Shown: positions 28,835-39,529 of the stretch, piece by piece
Numbering within the stretch: the first letter of the stretch is position 1
Layout of the letters: every line of letters starts with the position of its first letter
DNA from: Candidatus Zixiibacteriota bacterium
GTDB lineage: Bacteria > Zixibacteria > MSB-5A5 > UBA10806 > 4484-95
Direction: 5' to 3'
Assembly: GCA_037441845.1 (NCBI GenBank)
Contig: JBBIRK010000007.1
Location: forward strand, 152,824-216,823
DNA length: 64,000 bases
Notes under the pieces: model-generated
The model's database searches: none
What the model was told of the DNA's origin: nothing
The model's input: only the letters and a program-made list of their open reading frames with translations
Made by a program: the position numbers and the translations under genes

Positions 28835-30115
28835 ATGGACAGGTTTATCGGCCTTCTCGGCATCGTTTTCATGTTTGGAATCGCCTGGCTGGTTTCACTA
28901 AATCGGCGGAATTTCCCTTGGCGGACGGTCGCCTATGGTCTCGGTCTTCAACTTGCGTTTGCGTTGATAATACTGAAAACATATCCCGGTAAATGGGTCT
29001 TCGAAAAATTCAATTTCATCATTTTGACCATATTGAGCTGCGCCGATAAGGGCTCGCAATTCGTTTTCGGCAACCTTATAAATCGCTTTTTGCCGATCGG
29101 AACTGTTGGGCCGGACGGACAGTTCGTCGGCTCGGACGGCGGCCTGGTTCTCGATGCCGGAACCGCCTTTTTCGCATTCAAGGTGCTGCCCACCATAATT
29201 TTTTTCTCCGCTTTCATGACCGTGCTTTATCACTATGGAATCATGCAGAAAGTGGTCGTGCTTCTGGCTAAAATAATGGCCAAGACGATGAAGACTTCAG
29301 GGGCCGAATCGTTGTCCGCCTCAGCCAATATATTCGTCGGTCAGACCGAAGCGCCGCTGGTGGTCAAACCATATATCGGCAAGATGACCCAATCGGAATT
29401 GAACGCCGTAATGGTCGGTGGTTTCGCCACGATAGCCGGCGGGGTGATGGCGGCCTATGTCGGGCTTCTCAAAGATATTATCCCCAACATAGCCGGGCAT
29501 CTGATGTCGGCCTCGATAATGTCGGCGCCGGCCGGGTTGGCGCTGGCCAAAGTGATTATCCCCGAGACGGAGGAGCCGTTGACAAGAGGAATTGTCAAGC
29601 TCAAAGTAGAAAAACTCGACGCCAACGTTATCGACGCCGCGGCGCGGGGCGCCACCGACGGTTTGCGGCTGGCGCTGAACGTCGGCGCCATGCTGATCGC
29701 ATTTATCGGTTTGATAACCTTGATTAACATAACCCTCGGCTTGTTTTGGAAAGAGTTGTCCTTGACTTGGATTTTCGGCAAGACCCTGGCGCCGTTGGCC
29801 TGGCTTATGGGAATACCGTGGCAGGATTGCGCCAAATTCGGGGATATAATGGGCACCCAGGTCACCGCCAACGAATTCGTCGCTTACCTGAAACTGCACG
29901 ATTATGCTCCGCAGATGAGTCAACGGGCCGCCACGCTTGGAACTTACGCCATGTGCGGCTTCGCCAATTTCAGTTCGGTCGGGATACAACTTGGCGGGAT
30001 CGGCGGTATCGCCCCGGAACGGCGAAGTGATTTGGCCAAGATAGCCATGCGGGCTCTTTTGGCCGGCGCATTTTCGTCTTGGTGCACCTGTTGCGTGGCG
30101 GGGATATTGATATGA
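28835..30115 (+). CDS. nupC: Concentrative nucleoside transporter (CNT/NupC family)
   Basis: VLPTIIFFS; SGAES; NIFVGQTEAP; GFATIAG; SIMSAP; NEFVAY; CGFANFSS. Confidence 0.9.
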   Translation: MDRFIGLLGIVFMFGIAWLVSLNRRNFPWRTVAYGLGLQLAFALIILKTYPGKWVFEKFNFIILTILSCADKGSQFVFGNLINRFLPIGTVGPDGQFVGSDGGLVLDAGTAFFAFKVLPTIIFFSAFMTVLYHYGIMQKVVVLLAKIMAKTMKTSGAESLSASANIFVGQTEAPLVVKPYIGKMTQSELNAVMVGGFATIAGGVMAAYVGLLKDIIPNIAGHLMSASIMSAPAGLALAKVIIPETEEPLTRGIVKLKVEKLDANVIDAAARGATDGLRLALNVGAMLIAFIGLITLINITLGLFWKELSLTWIFGKTLAPLAWLMGIPWQDCAKFGDIMGTQVTANEFVAYLKLHDYAPQMSQRAATLGTYAMCGFANFSSVGIQLGGIGGIAPERRSDLAKIAMRALLAGAFSSWCTCCVAGILI

Positions 30116-30301
30116 AAATTGACGCAGCAGGATTGTTTAGGCTAACCGCATAGCAATCTTGACCTTGTGTTTCAAGACGGGGTAGGCGAAAAAGTCGGAC
30201 CTCAGCCAAAATTCAGCGTGCGGGAACCATCGCCGATATAAATCAGTAATAGTTTTAATAATAAAAGGCGGGAATATAATAAATAGACATGGAGGTATGT
30301 T

Positions 30302-31279
30302 TTGAAACCGATGATAATCGCAATGGCTTTGATATTCTTGTTGGGCATATTGGGTTCCGCCATAAGTCTCCATGCCGCTTACAAGGCTTATCGCCAGAAG
30401 GCCGTGCTGGTGATGCTGGCTGTCATTTTCGTGCTGACCGGCCTGGGTTACGCTTTCGGCTTGTGGTCCGCCTACCAGGGACGCAAGCAATCCTATGCCA
30501 TCAGCCATCTTCGATCGCAACTCGATCAGCGCGATCAGATATTGACTTCGATAAACGCCGAATCGTCGAAAAGGCTGATTTTTCTGCATCATTCGGTCGG
30601 TAGCGAGTGGCTGGGCCAGGGGCGTCTCGCCGCGGAATTGATGAAACATGGGATCGCAGTCCATGATGCCACCTACGGCGACGAGATCGGACAGAATACC
30701 GATATTTGCCACTGGCTCCCGAAATTCCGCAATGACATGCAGAAGATTTTCCGGTTCGACCGTCATCCCAATATCTATTACTCCGGCTCCCAAGAAAACG
30801 ACATAATCATGTTCAAATCATGTTTTCCCAACAGTGATATCGTAGATGACGGCACGGACCCCGGCAATCCGACCGATCCGACTCGGACGTTGGTTAATTT
30901 CAAAGCGGCGTTCTTGGAAATGGCCAAGGATTTATCGAACTATCCGAGCAAACTATTTATATATGTAACCGCGCCGCCGCTCGTGCCGAAAGCCACAACC
31001 CCCGAAAATGCGGGGCGTGCCCGTAAATTCAACGAATGGCTGAAGAGCGAATTCTTGAACCAATACCGTCGGGAAACCGGTCTCGACAACCTGCTCGTGT
31101 TTGACCTTTTCGATGTATTGGCCGATGAAAACGGTTTCTTGCGCCGGGAATTTCAAAAGAAAGACACCGACTCACACCCGAATGCCCAGGGAGGGATGGC
31201 GGCCACCGAATCTTTTATCAAGTTCTTGAAGGAAAAGGGCGTGATTAATCAGCCAACCCTGGCCGCCGCCGGTTCATGA
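30302..31279 (+). CDS. Membrane-anchored hypothetical protein, possibly a divergent SGNH hydrolase
   Basis: Two N-terminal TM helices; IFLHHSVG; IIMFKSCF; VTAPPL; FDLFDVLA; DSHPN (DxH). Confidence 0.6.
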   Translation: MKPMIIAMALIFLLGILGSAISLHAAYKAYRQKAVLVMLAVIFVLTGLGYAFGLWSAYQGRKQSYAISHLRSQLDQRDQILTSINAESSKRLIFLHHSVGSEWLGQGRLAAELMKHGIAVHDATYGDEIGQNTDICHWLPKFRNDMQKIFRFDRHPNIYYSGSQENDIIMFKSCFPNSDIVDDGTDPGNPTDPTRTLVNFKAAFLEMAKDLSNYPSKLFIYVTAPPLVPKATTPENAGRARKFNEWLKSEFLNQYRRETGLDNLLVFDLFDVLADENGFLRREFQKKDTDSHPNAQGGMAATESFIKFLKEKGVINQPTLAAAGS

Positions 31280-31300
31280 CAAATTCAAAGAATGTTCAAT

Positions 31301-31331
31301 AAAAGCCGCCTTTCCCAAAGGGCGGCTTTTT
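31301..31331. terminator. Bidirectional intrinsic terminator
   Basis: AAAAGCCGCCTTT-CCC-AAAGGGCGGCTTTTT between convergent genes. Confidence 0.85.
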
Positions 31332-31346
31332 CATTTTGATATTCGA

Positions 31347-32321
31347 TTATTTCAAGCGGATATCATCGAGAAATAAAGTTACCGGATTGCGGATCACTCC
31401 GGCGTAGATATGAATCGAGTTGATGGCTTTCATGTCCATCTGGCGGCCTTTTGGAGCGGTGCGGATTTTTTCGAGCGGCACGGCTATCTCATTCAGGCCG
31501 GACTTCAAATCGACGGTGAGGTTGAATCGGTCTTCGTAAGAGTTGTCGGTTCGGTAATCCTCGATTCGCAAGCCTACGGTGATTATTTCCGTTTCCGGAG
31601 AAAAAATCAGCATACTTAGAAGCGAAAAACCGTTCCAATCCGGATAAGGTTCTTCTATCGAAAAGGTCGGGTATTTTGCTGGCAGAAAGGTCAACCTGCC
31701 CACTTTGCCCGAATGATTCGCCCAGGCGGGCGGCGTGGGAACCGAGGCCAGGCTGACTTTCCTTGTTTTCAAGAGCGGGCGAGACCAGATCGATTCGAAA
31801 TCGGCGATTATCGGGAATGTGTGGTTTCTATGAATATAGGAGCCGGCCAAAAACGCCAGCGGAGCCAAAGCGCCCAGCAAAACCACGATGGAGAACCCAA
31901 GCAACAATTTCCGCAACTTGACTCCGGCGAATTTCGCTCCGGGGGCCAGCCTGCTGTCTATCGCCCCCCGCAAACCGAGAACCGCCACAGCGCCGGCTAT
32001 GTCCCTGGTAAGATCATAAAGGTCGGAATCGCCGGGCAGATATATTTGCGCTAATTCGACAACGGCTCCGGAGGATACCGTGATTATCAACGCCAAAACA
32101 TACTGACGAAGCGGGCGGTTTTCCATCGCCGTCCAGTGCTGCCTGATCATCGTCAGAACCGCCAGCGCGAACGCGCCGAATAAAAACGTGTGGCCGGTGT
32201 TATGAATCTCCCGCCATAGGTAAGTATGAGAGGGCAACTTGAGTTTGGCGATGATTAAAAATACGCCGATTATGACCGCGATCGAAAAGAACAACCTGAT
32301 TATCTTTTTGGGTTTGAGCAT
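31347..32321 (-). CDS. VanZ-like membrane protein with C-terminal carbohydrate-binding-like domain
   Basis: NTGHTFLFG; VELAQ...DLTRDIAG (VanZ-like); soluble C-terminal PDWNGF...RIED...DRFN...GLNEI...LFLDDIRL. Confidence 0.65.
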   Translation of the reverse strand: MLKPKKIIRLFFSIAVIIGVFLIIAKLKLPSHTYLWREIHNTGHTFLFGAFALAVLTMIRQHWTAMENRPLRQYVLALIITVSSGAVVELAQIYLPGDSDLYDLTRDIAGAVAVLGLRGAIDSRLAPGAKFAGVKLRKLLLGFSIVVLLGALAPLAFLAGSYIHRNHTFPIIADFESIWSRPLLKTRKVSLASVPTPPAWANHSGKVGRLTFLPAKYPTFSIEEPYPDWNGFSLLSMLIFSPETEIITVGLRIEDYRTDNSYEDRFNLTVDLKSGLNEIAVPLEKIRTAPKGRQMDMKAINSIHIYAGVIRNPVTLFLDDIRLK

Positions 32322-32397
32322 ATCGAACATTATAATCAAAGCATGGCGCCCTGAACAAGCCCGTTAAATGTGGGTGTTCGAAGCTCTTCCAAAACCT

Positions 32398-33555
32398 TTA
32401 TTGACCGTCAAGATCGGCCGCGCCGCCGAGGCTTTCGTATAATTCGATCATCCGCCGTCGAAGGGAATTTATGCAGAATTCATGATCGATCCGCAATCTG
32501 CTCTGCTGCGACAAGGAACGGCGTAACTCGGAATTTTCCAGCAGGCGCAGGCAGGCTTCCGCAAGCGCTGGGGGATTATCGGCCGGTACCAGCAGGCCCG
32601 AAATTTCTTTTTCGATCACCTCGCCTATTCCGCCCACGGCTGTGGCCACGACCGGTTTGCCGAAAGCCATCGCCTCGAGCAACACCATCGGAATCCCCTC
32701 GTGCAGCGAGCTGATGACGAAAATATCCAGGCAATTGATTATATCATAAACGTCATCGCGAAAGCCGGTGAAAACGATGGCATCGCCGAGTCCCAGATCC
32801 TTCGCCAGCGACATCAGCGCCCCTTTTTGCGGACCGTCTCCGACGAGTATGAAGCCGGTTTTAGGCGATTTTTCGCGGATCGCCCGGGCCATCTGGATAA
32901 ATCTGTCATATCCTTTCACCGGGACCATCCTGCCGGCGCTGCCGATCAACAGGTGATCGTCGGGGACTCCGAATTCGGCACGGGTTTCCCGGCAAGACCG
33001 CTTGACCGATAATTTCGCCGGGTCGATCGCATTGTGGATCGTCAGCAATTTTGACGAGGGGAATTTGTCCGACAGGCGCCGCTCCAAATCCTCCGACACC
33101 GTCACGATTCGGTCGAAATATCTGCGCGTGAAATAGTCGTTCAACGCCGAAAATACGCGGCTTTTCAGCAGGGCCAGGCCCGAAAAAGGCTCCCCTGCCC
33201 CGTGGACCGTCTGCACTAGATGTTTCACCAGCCCCCGTCTTTTCAGGATCGCCGCCAAAACGTTTTCTTTGTAGCGATGAGAATGCGCGATATCGATCCG
33301 GTTTTTTTCCGCGTAAGCTACCGCCAGCCGAACGATCCGCCTGAATCCGTTTTCCGATTCGGAAATGATATGCGGCTCTATTCCCGAATTCCTGAGATTG
33401 GCGGCCAGCCTGCCGTCATTCAACAAGAGCGCTGAAACCTCGAATCGGCTGTCGCCGACAAGCGATTCCAAAAGCGAATACATCTGCATCTCGGCGCCCG
33501 CCCAGAGATCGCCCGAGGCTATATGAAGCAATTTTATCTTGTGGTCGATTGCCAT
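32398..33555 (-). CDS. Glycosyltransferase family 4
   Basis: Start MAIDHKIK at 33555; DLWAGAE; TVHG; GRMVPVKG; SSLHEGIPMVLLEAMA. Confidence 0.9.
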   Translation of the reverse strand: MAIDHKIKLLHIASGDLWAGAEMQMYSLLESLVGDSRFEVSALLLNDGRLAANLRNSGIEPHIISESENGFRRIVRLAVAYAEKNRIDIAHSHRYKENVLAAILKRRGLVKHLVQTVHGAGEPFSGLALLKSRVFSALNDYFTRRYFDRIVTVSEDLERRLSDKFPSSKLLTIHNAIDPAKLSVKRSCRETRAEFGVPDDHLLIGSAGRMVPVKGYDRFIQMARAIREKSPKTGFILVGDGPQKGALMSLAKDLGLGDAIVFTGFRDDVYDIINCLDIFVISSLHEGIPMVLLEAMAFGKPVVATAVGGIGEVIEKEISGLLVPADNPPALAEACLRLLENSELRRSLSQQSRLRIDHEFCINSLRRRMIELYESLGGAADLDGQ

Positions 33556-34679
33556 GTGATATATCTCTCGCCTTTGGCAAATTCGATCCAGGCTACCAGA
33601 ATCGATAAGTTGGCCAATACGAAGAAATACGGGATCTTGAATACGGTAAGTTTTTGCAGCGGCCTGAAAATCGCCGCCAGCGCCGCCAGTGCGTAGAAAC
33701 CGGCTTGGATCACCGCCAACGGAACCCAGACGCTGTTTGTTGCCGCCAAAAGAACGCTCGATACCATGCTCGTGATAAGCGCGAATGGAACCAACCAACG
33801 GGAGATCTTGTGGCTTAACACCTGAAAGGAAAGCATGCCGTAGCGAAACGGATTGAGGATATGACGCAGATGATATATGACATCGATACCGTGGACGATT
33901 GTCCTCACTTTTCGTTTGAATTCCCGTTTCGGGTCGTCGAGGGTTCGATAAAATCCGATCGCCTGTTCATCGAGCACCGCCCTATAACCATAGGTGCGGG
34001 CAAGCAGGGGCAAGTAAAAATCGCTTGACATATGCGGATACCACTTATGGCAGACGTCGCGGCGGACGGCATAAAAAGAGCCGCTGGCGCCTACTATCGA
34101 AGCCGCTTGGCTTTCCAGTCGGCGCAGCGCCATTTCATAACGAACATAAAAGTTTTCCCCTTGTTCGCCGCCATCAACTCCCTCCACCGCATCCATCCCC
34201 GATATCACTCCGATTTTCGGATCGGCGAACCCCCGCACGATCTTCCTGAGCGCATCCGGTTTGAGAAACGTCGTGGCATCGGTTAGAACGAGCAGATCAT
34301 TGACGGCGGTCTCGACTCCCTTTCCCTGACAATAATGTTTGCCGTTGCGCTCGTTGAATTGCAGAAGTTTTACCCCGCTCGATCGGTATTCCTTTACTAT
34401 CTCGGCGGTTCTATCTGTCGAACCGTCGGATACCACTATTATCTCGAGCTTATCGATCGGGTAGTCGAGGGAAAGGCTGTTTTCGATCTTGGGGCCGATT
34501 CTTTTTTCTTCGTTGTAGGCGGTTATGATCATACTTATCGGCGGAAACCATTCGTCCTTAGGAAAATTCGCCGCGGGGCGCAGGAACGTCAATAGTTTCA
34601 GAAATGCAAAATAGCCGAAATAAGCCCAGATCATAACAATCACCGACAGCGCGAATATGATAAGCAAGAATATTTCCAT
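33534..34679 (-). CDS. Glycosyltransferase family 2
   Basis: ITAYNEE; SDGSTDRT; LTDA; GASGSFYAVR; SDF; RKVR; TM helices. Confidence 0.9.
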   Translation of the reverse strand: MEIFLLIIFALSVIVMIWAYFGYFAFLKLLTFLRPAANFPKDEWFPPISMIITAYNEEKRIGPKIENSLSLDYPIDKLEIIVVSDGSTDRTAEIVKEYRSSGVKLLQFNERNGKHYCQGKGVETAVNDLLVLTDATTFLKPDALRKIVRGFADPKIGVISGMDAVEGVDGGEQGENFYVRYEMALRRLESQAASIVGASGSFYAVRRDVCHKWYPHMSSDFYLPLLARTYGYRAVLDEQAIGFYRTLDDPKREFKRKVRTIVHGIDVIYHLRHILNPFRYGMLSFQVLSHKISRWLVPFALITSMVSSVLLAATNSVWVPLAVIQAGFYALAALAAIFRPLQKLTVFKIPYFFVLANLSILVAWIEFAKGERYITWQSTTR

Positions 34680-34721
34680 AATATTTAAGTCAAATTTTCG
34701 CCTTGCCGGAAATGTTATCGG

Positions 34722-35981
34722 TCATTTGTCTTCACCGCTTAGTCGAATCAAAATCCCGAGGATCTTTTCCAGGTCCTTACGGCTGACATAGGGATGGGTG
34801 GGGAGAGTAAACAATCGGTCGGCCAAAATCGCAGCTCCGGGAAACGTATCGGTGTTTCCGACAAAATGGCGTTCGATCCCGGGGATTTCTCTGATGGTCG
34901 TGGGATACATCGTCGAGGCCCCGATTCCGGCGCGATTCAGCGCCAAGATCGCTTTCCGCCGCAACTGGCTCGATCGCGCAAGCAGCGGCAGGCGTAGATA
35001 GGGGATGATCGTATCTTTGCGCCACCCGGGAACGACGAATCCTCTCCCCTTCAGGCTGTCGGCGATCGATTCGGCAAGATATCGGGCGTTTTCGGAGCGG
35101 ATCGCATTGAGCTTTCCGATTTTTTTCAACATGTCAAGCAAAACCGAAATCTGTAACCCGGATAATCCCGAAATCGGAAAATTATCATCGTAAACCGTTT
35201 TGCCCAAACCCATAAACGGAAGCGAATCTGGAATCCAATAAAGATGGGGGCGCAGGAATAGAGAATAGACCAAAACTTTCGAGAACGCCTTAATATTATC
35301 CATTGGCCGTGGGGTATCGACTTGTTGAACCTTTTCGTCGATCGCCAGAGCCAGCTCGTCGTCGTCGGTTAAAATCGCGCCTCCGCCTACGGCGGTGATA
35401 TTTTTCCCCCTGCCGAAACTGTAAAAGCCCGCCTTTCCCCATGAACCGGATTGTTTTCCGCTATGGACTATTCCGAAAGTCTGCGCCGAATCGTCGATTA
35501 TTTCCAGCCCGTTCTCGGCGGCGATCGCGGTCAGCTTCTCCAAATCGCTTACCACTCCGAAAAGATTGCAGGGAATTATCGCCAGGGCTTTGCGAAAATC
35601 GGTCTCGGCGAGCTTGCGGTAATCATAATCGAGGCCGTTCGCATCGAGATCGGCGAGTCTTATTTTGAGCCCAGCGCGCACAATCGATGACGGCACCGAG
35701 AAACAAGTATAGGCGGGAATCACAACCTCATCGCGGTCCGAGCCTGCCGCTTTCGCCAAAGCGCCGAGAATTATGGTGAATGCGGCCCGCCCTGAATTGA
35801 CTATAAAACAATGTTTGACTCCCGCATGATCGGATAGCGCCCGGCTCAAGACCGGCTTCAAATCGATGCGGCTGTAAACCGTTTTCAGCGCCGATAGAAG
35901 TTCTGTTGTGCTGATAGGCACTCCGGCGGGGGCGATTTTGCGGAATGTCAATCCCTGCTCCGATACTATTCTCTTTCTCAC
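34722..35981 (-). CDS. DegT/DnrJ/EryC1/StrS sugar aminotransferase
   Basis: NSGRAA; IPAYTC; IDDSAQ; SFGRGKNITAVGGGA; TLPTHP. Confidence 0.85.
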   Translation of the reverse strand: MRKRIVSEQGLTFRKIAPAGVPISTTELLSALKTVYSRIDLKPVLSRALSDHAGVKHCFIVNSGRAAFTIILGALAKAAGSDRDEVVIPAYTCFSVPSSIVRAGLKIRLADLDANGLDYDYRKLAETDFRKALAIIPCNLFGVVSDLEKLTAIAAENGLEIIDDSAQTFGIVHSGKQSGSWGKAGFYSFGRGKNITAVGGGAILTDDDELALAIDEKVQQVDTPRPMDNIKAFSKVLVYSLFLRPHLYWIPDSLPFMGLGKTVYDDNFPISGLSGLQISVLLDMLKKIGKLNAIRSENARYLAESIADSLKGRGFVVPGWRKDTIIPYLRLPLLARSSQLRRKAILALNRAGIGASTMYPTTIREIPGIERHFVGNTDTFPGAAILADRLFTLPTHPYVSRKDLEKILGILIRLSGEDK

Positions 35982-37006
35982 GGGAAATTCCGTATAACCT
36001 TTGGACCGAGATAATTAGTCAGCCATAGCGGCAGCTTACGCCAAAGCGATATCACGGTTTTGTATTTCGGATTGTCGGGGTTCATCGCCGGCACTTTATC
36101 GGTTTTTATCAAAGAATACTGCCAGTTCAGTTGAATCGGCGGAGAGACCCACTGCTTTTTGAAATTGAAGGTGGGCGAATTCCAGGTCGAACGTCCGAAA
36201 TCGAATCGGCGATACCCGTTCTCGCAGCCGTATTTGATTACCTGCCAATATAGAGCGTGATTCGGGCAAAATTTCAGATATTCGTTATAAGAAGAGGCGG
36301 ACGGCACATACAGCATATCCTTGAAAGCCAGCAGCAATCCTCCGGCGATAGGTGCTTTCTCTTTGAAAACGAGTATGATTTTGGCGGAATCGGACAACTC
36401 GGTGAGTATGTTCGCGAAAAAACGTTTACCCCAAACCGGCGTTCCGAGATCGCGCATTTTCCAGGAAAAGATGCGATAAAAATCGTCGAGTTTTTCGGCG
36501 CCGAATATCTTTATGTCGAGACCGGATTTTTCGGATTTGCGTATCTGGTTTCGCAGTTTGGCATCGAATTTTTTCCAGATCACCTCCGGATCTTTATCGA
36601 GCTCGAGGCGAAATGTCACTTTATCGTTTCGGAGCGGCGCCCCGACCAATAGCGGCTCCACGGAGCGGAACTCTACGAACTCGGCATTCCGCCTTCGCGC
36701 CAGTTCCTCGGCATGTTCGGCGATCTCCTTCGCCGCGGATTCGTCATCGGAACAAATGCCGCTATAGTCGATCCACGGAAGCGAAACACAGAAGCGGGTT
36801 CCCCACCAGGTTTTTATGAAAGCCAATGGAAGAATCGCCCGCACCCGATCGCCGTCTATGGCCATCAAGAAGACCGTGTCATGACCCAAGCCCTCACGAA
36901 TTATCTTTTTCCAGGCGTACAGGTGTCCGATATTCGATCGGCTGCTGCGAAGCGCGAATTCGTCCCAGGCCCGGCGGTGCTTTTCATCGCATTGAATTAT
37001 CCGCAT
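35978..37006 (-). CDS. FemAB-like GNAT protein of XrtA/PEP-CTERM-type exopolysaccharide loci
   Basis: VSLPWIDYSG; KLRNQIRKS; MRDLGTPV; PNHALYW; FDFGRS; FKKQW; NPDNPKY...WRKLP. Confidence 0.8.
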   Translation of the reverse strand: MRIIQCDEKHRRAWDEFALRSSRSNIGHLYAWKKIIREGLGHDTVFLMAIDGDRVRAILPLAFIKTWWGTRFCVSLPWIDYSGICSDDESAAKEIAEHAEELARRRNAEFVEFRSVEPLLVGAPLRNDKVTFRLELDKDPEVIWKKFDAKLRNQIRKSEKSGLDIKIFGAEKLDDFYRIFSWKMRDLGTPVWGKRFFANILTELSDSAKIILVFKEKAPIAGGLLLAFKDMLYVPSASSYNEYLKFCPNHALYWQVIKYGCENGYRRFDFGRSTWNSPTFNFKKQWVSPPIQLNWQYSLIKTDKVPAMNPDNPKYKTVISLWRKLPLWLTNYLGPKVIRNFP

Positions 37007-37106
37007 AAACTTATCGATTTCATTTCGTCAATCATATTGGGGTATTTCAGGTTCCCGGCGGTCGCCCGCGATTTGGGCCGACCGGCTTGAATCCGCCGTA
37101 GGCGGC

Positions 37107-37595
37107 TCAACGGATATCTTTCGCTTGCAAGGATTTTTCCATGTAAACCGCCCCGGCAATCGGGTTGAAACGATACGGTTCGATTTTCGTGAATCCGAGC
37201 GATTCGTAAAGGGCAATCGCCTCTATCATCGTCGGCAATGTATCCAGCCGCATTTTCGAGTAACCCTTGCTTCGGGCCTCGTCAATCACTTTTTCGGCGA
37301 TAAGCCGGCCGAAACCGCGTCTTCTGTAATCGGGCTTGAGGTAAAGCCTTTTCATCTCACAGATGGATGAATCGATCCGGCGCAGGGCGACACAACCTAT
37401 CGGGCGATTATCGAACCGGGCGATCAACAAACAACCATCGGGCGGCGCGTAGTCCCCCGGCAACGAGTCCAGTTCGCTTTCGAAATTCTGGAAACACAGA
37501 TCCACCCCGATGGCCTTCTCGTATTCCCTGAAGAGCTTTCTTATCAGCTCCAGGTCCGTATCGGTTTCAGCCGAATTGATAGAGAATCCGGTCAT
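37107..37595 (-). CDS. GNAT N-acetyltransferase
   Basis: LCFQNFESEL; GCVALR; CEMKRLY...RRRGFG; RLDTLPTM; LYESLGF. Confidence 0.9.
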   Translation of the reverse strand: MTGFSINSAETDTDLELIRKLFREYEKAIGVDLCFQNFESELDSLPGDYAPPDGCLLIARFDNRPIGCVALRRIDSSICEMKRLYLKPDYRRRGFGRLIAEKVIDEARSKGYSKMRLDTLPTMIEAIALYESLGFTKIEPYRFNPIAGAVYMEKSLQAKDIR

Positions 37596-37602
37596 ACGAA
37601 AT

Positions 37603-38169
37603 TTATGCTATGGACCTTTCGGTCATTTCGATACACTTTTCGGGGCAGGCCACAGCGCAAAGGCCGCAGCCGAAACAGTTTTGCCTTATTATGTGCAAAT
37701 TCCCGTTTTCCATGACTCGGGCGCCGAAATAACAGACATCAAGGCAGTCGCCGCAAAGAGTGCACATTTCAAGATCGGTTTTTTCGATCAGCGCGCCCTC
37801 ATCGCAAATTTCCTCGCGATTCAAAAAATAGCCGCAGCAGTCATCGCAGCAAAAGCATATCCCTTCGGTAATGGATCGCCCTTTTTCATCGCGAAAGGGA
37901 CGGGCGACGAGACGGCAGCGGACCGCCTCCTCGACAAGCGCCATAGCCTCCTGTCTGGTGATCTTCTTCAGTCCCGAGCCGCTGGTCTGGATATCGCCGC
38001 GGAACATCAAGCATAAGTCAAGACGCGACCGCCGGCAACCGCCACGCCCCTCGCGACAACTGCAGTTGCAAACCCAAAAGGCGCTGTTGGCGGCAATCAA
38101 ATGTTCTGCTTCGTTATACGTGCAAACGTAGTGCAACGGCACGGCGGCCGCACCCTCGGGGTTGTTCAT
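37603..38169 (-). CDS. 4Fe-4S dicluster protein with extra Cys-rich domain
   Basis: CNCSCR; ICFCCDDCC; CTLCGDCLDVC; CFGCGLCAVACP. Confidence 0.85.
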   Translation of the reverse strand: MNNPEGAAAVPLHYVCTYNEAEHLIAANSAFWVCNCSCREGRGGCRRSRLDLCLMFRGDIQTSGSGLKKITRQEAMALVEEAVRCRLVARPFRDEKGRSITEGICFCCDDCCGYFLNREEICDEGALIEKTDLEMCTLCGDCLDVCYFGARVMENGNLHIIRQNCFGCGLCAVACPEKCIEMTERSIA

Positions 38170-38227
38170 GGCTATCGCTTTCGTCTCTTTTTGTAATTGC
38201 AGACCCGCTTCATGATAATTCGCGGTT

Positions 38228-38953
38228 TCAATTCAACTTGAATTTTTCCCCCAAGTATAACTGCCGGGCCTCGGGGTCGTTGGCCAAAAATTCGGCGTTA
38301 CCCGATTTCAAGATTTCGCCGTCGTAGATAATATAGGCCCGGTCGGTTATCGATAGGGTTTCGCGGACGTTATGGTCGGTGACCAGAATACCCAATCCTT
38401 TTCCACGAAGCTCGTGAATTATCTTCTGGATTTCTTCGACGGTGATAGGATCTATCCCCGAAAACGGCTCGTCGAGCAGGATAAATTTAGGCTGGGTTGC
38501 CAGCGCCCTGGCGATCTCGACTCTTCTGCGTTCGCCGCCGGAAAGGTTATAACCGAGTGAGTCGGCGATATCTTTGATATCGAGATCGTTCAGAAGCTGT
38601 TCCAGTCGGTTTTTTCGTTCTTGGCGGCTCAGCTTCATATATTCGAGTATGGCCATGATATTATCCGCCACCGACAGTTTGCGAAATATCGATGCTTCTT
38701 GGGGCAGGTAACCTATTCCCAGGCGGGCACGGCGATACATGGGCAGGGCGGTGATATCTTGTGAATCCAGCAATACCTTGCCGCCGTTCGGCCTTATCAA
38801 CCCGGTTATCATATAGAATGTGGTCGTCTTGCCGGCGCCGTTGGGTCCGAGCAAACCCACCACCTCACCGGAATTCAAATCGATCGAGACGCCGTTCACC
38901 ACCCGGCGGCCGCCGTAGGTTTTAACCAGATTATCGGTTTTCAGAGCTGTCAT
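38228..38953 (-). CDS. lptB: LPS export ABC ATPase
   Basis: [56 protein letters not shown]. Confidence 0.95.
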   Translation of the reverse strand: MTALKTDNLVKTYGGRRVVNGVSIDLNSGEVVGLLGPNGAGKTTTFYMITGLIRPNGGKVLLDSQDITALPMYRRARLGIGYLPQEASIFRKLSVADNIMAILEYMKLSRQERKNRLEQLLNDLDIKDIADSLGYNLSGGERRRVEIARALATQPKFILLDEPFSGIDPITVEEIQKIIHELRGKGLGILVTDHNVRETLSITDRAYIIYDGEILKSGNAEFLANDPEARQLYLGEKFKLN

Positions 38954-39527
38954 AGCCGGTCGGGGCAGGCTCCCTGTTTTTTCCGATTTCGTTATAGTTT
39001 ATATTTTCCATTCGGCCCGAGACATCACGATCGATCTCGGCGTTTTTCAGATCCCGATCCGCCCGCAAACCCCATCCCCTAAGGATACTCCCGTCCTTTC
39101 GCTTGATCTCGACGTAATCATCGGTGGTGATCAACTCGGTTTTGGGATCCCAGAAAAGCGATTCGGTGTTGAGGATCGTGGAATCCGAACTTATCCCGAC
39201 CACGTCGCCGAACAGGGCGAAATTAGCCGTCCGCTCACGGAGGAATCCTCTTTGGGCCGTCAATTTCGAGCGAGCCGCCCCGGTGGAATCGAACAGCACG
39301 ATCTGGACATCGGTGGCTTCGGTGGAGTCCTTGTCCTCCCAGCGGTAGATGGAGGCGGCATCGACCACCGCGTTTTTCATCCCGTTTTGGGTCAGGACAA
39401 TGGTCGCGCCTTCGATTCTGGCGTCCGGCGGTCTTTCCATTGTTTCCTTTTGCCGAGGCGATTCCGGTCGGGAGCAACCGCCTATCAATAGCAATGACAT
39501 TATGACGATTATCGATCGACGGCACAT
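38931..39527 (-). CDS. lptC: LPS export periplasmic protein LptC
   Basis: N-terminal lipoprotein/TM anchor; [30 protein letters not shown] beta-jellyroll pattern; next to lptB. Confidence 0.8.
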   Translation of the reverse strand: MCRRSIIVIMSLLLIGGCSRPESPRQKETMERPPDARIEGATIVLTQNGMKNAVVDAASIYRWEDKDSTEATDVQIVLFDSTGAARSKLTAQRGFLRERTANFALFGDVVGISSDSTILNTESLFWDPKTELITTDDYVEIKRKDGSILRGWGLRADRDLKNAEIDRDVSGRMENINYNEIGKNREPAPTGYDSSENR

Positions 39528-39529
39528 CG

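Noticed and set aside
33556..33798. N-terminal extension of the GT4 ORF in the track
   Set aside because: It overlaps the GT2 gene extensively; the GT4 fold begins at MAIDHKIK (33555).
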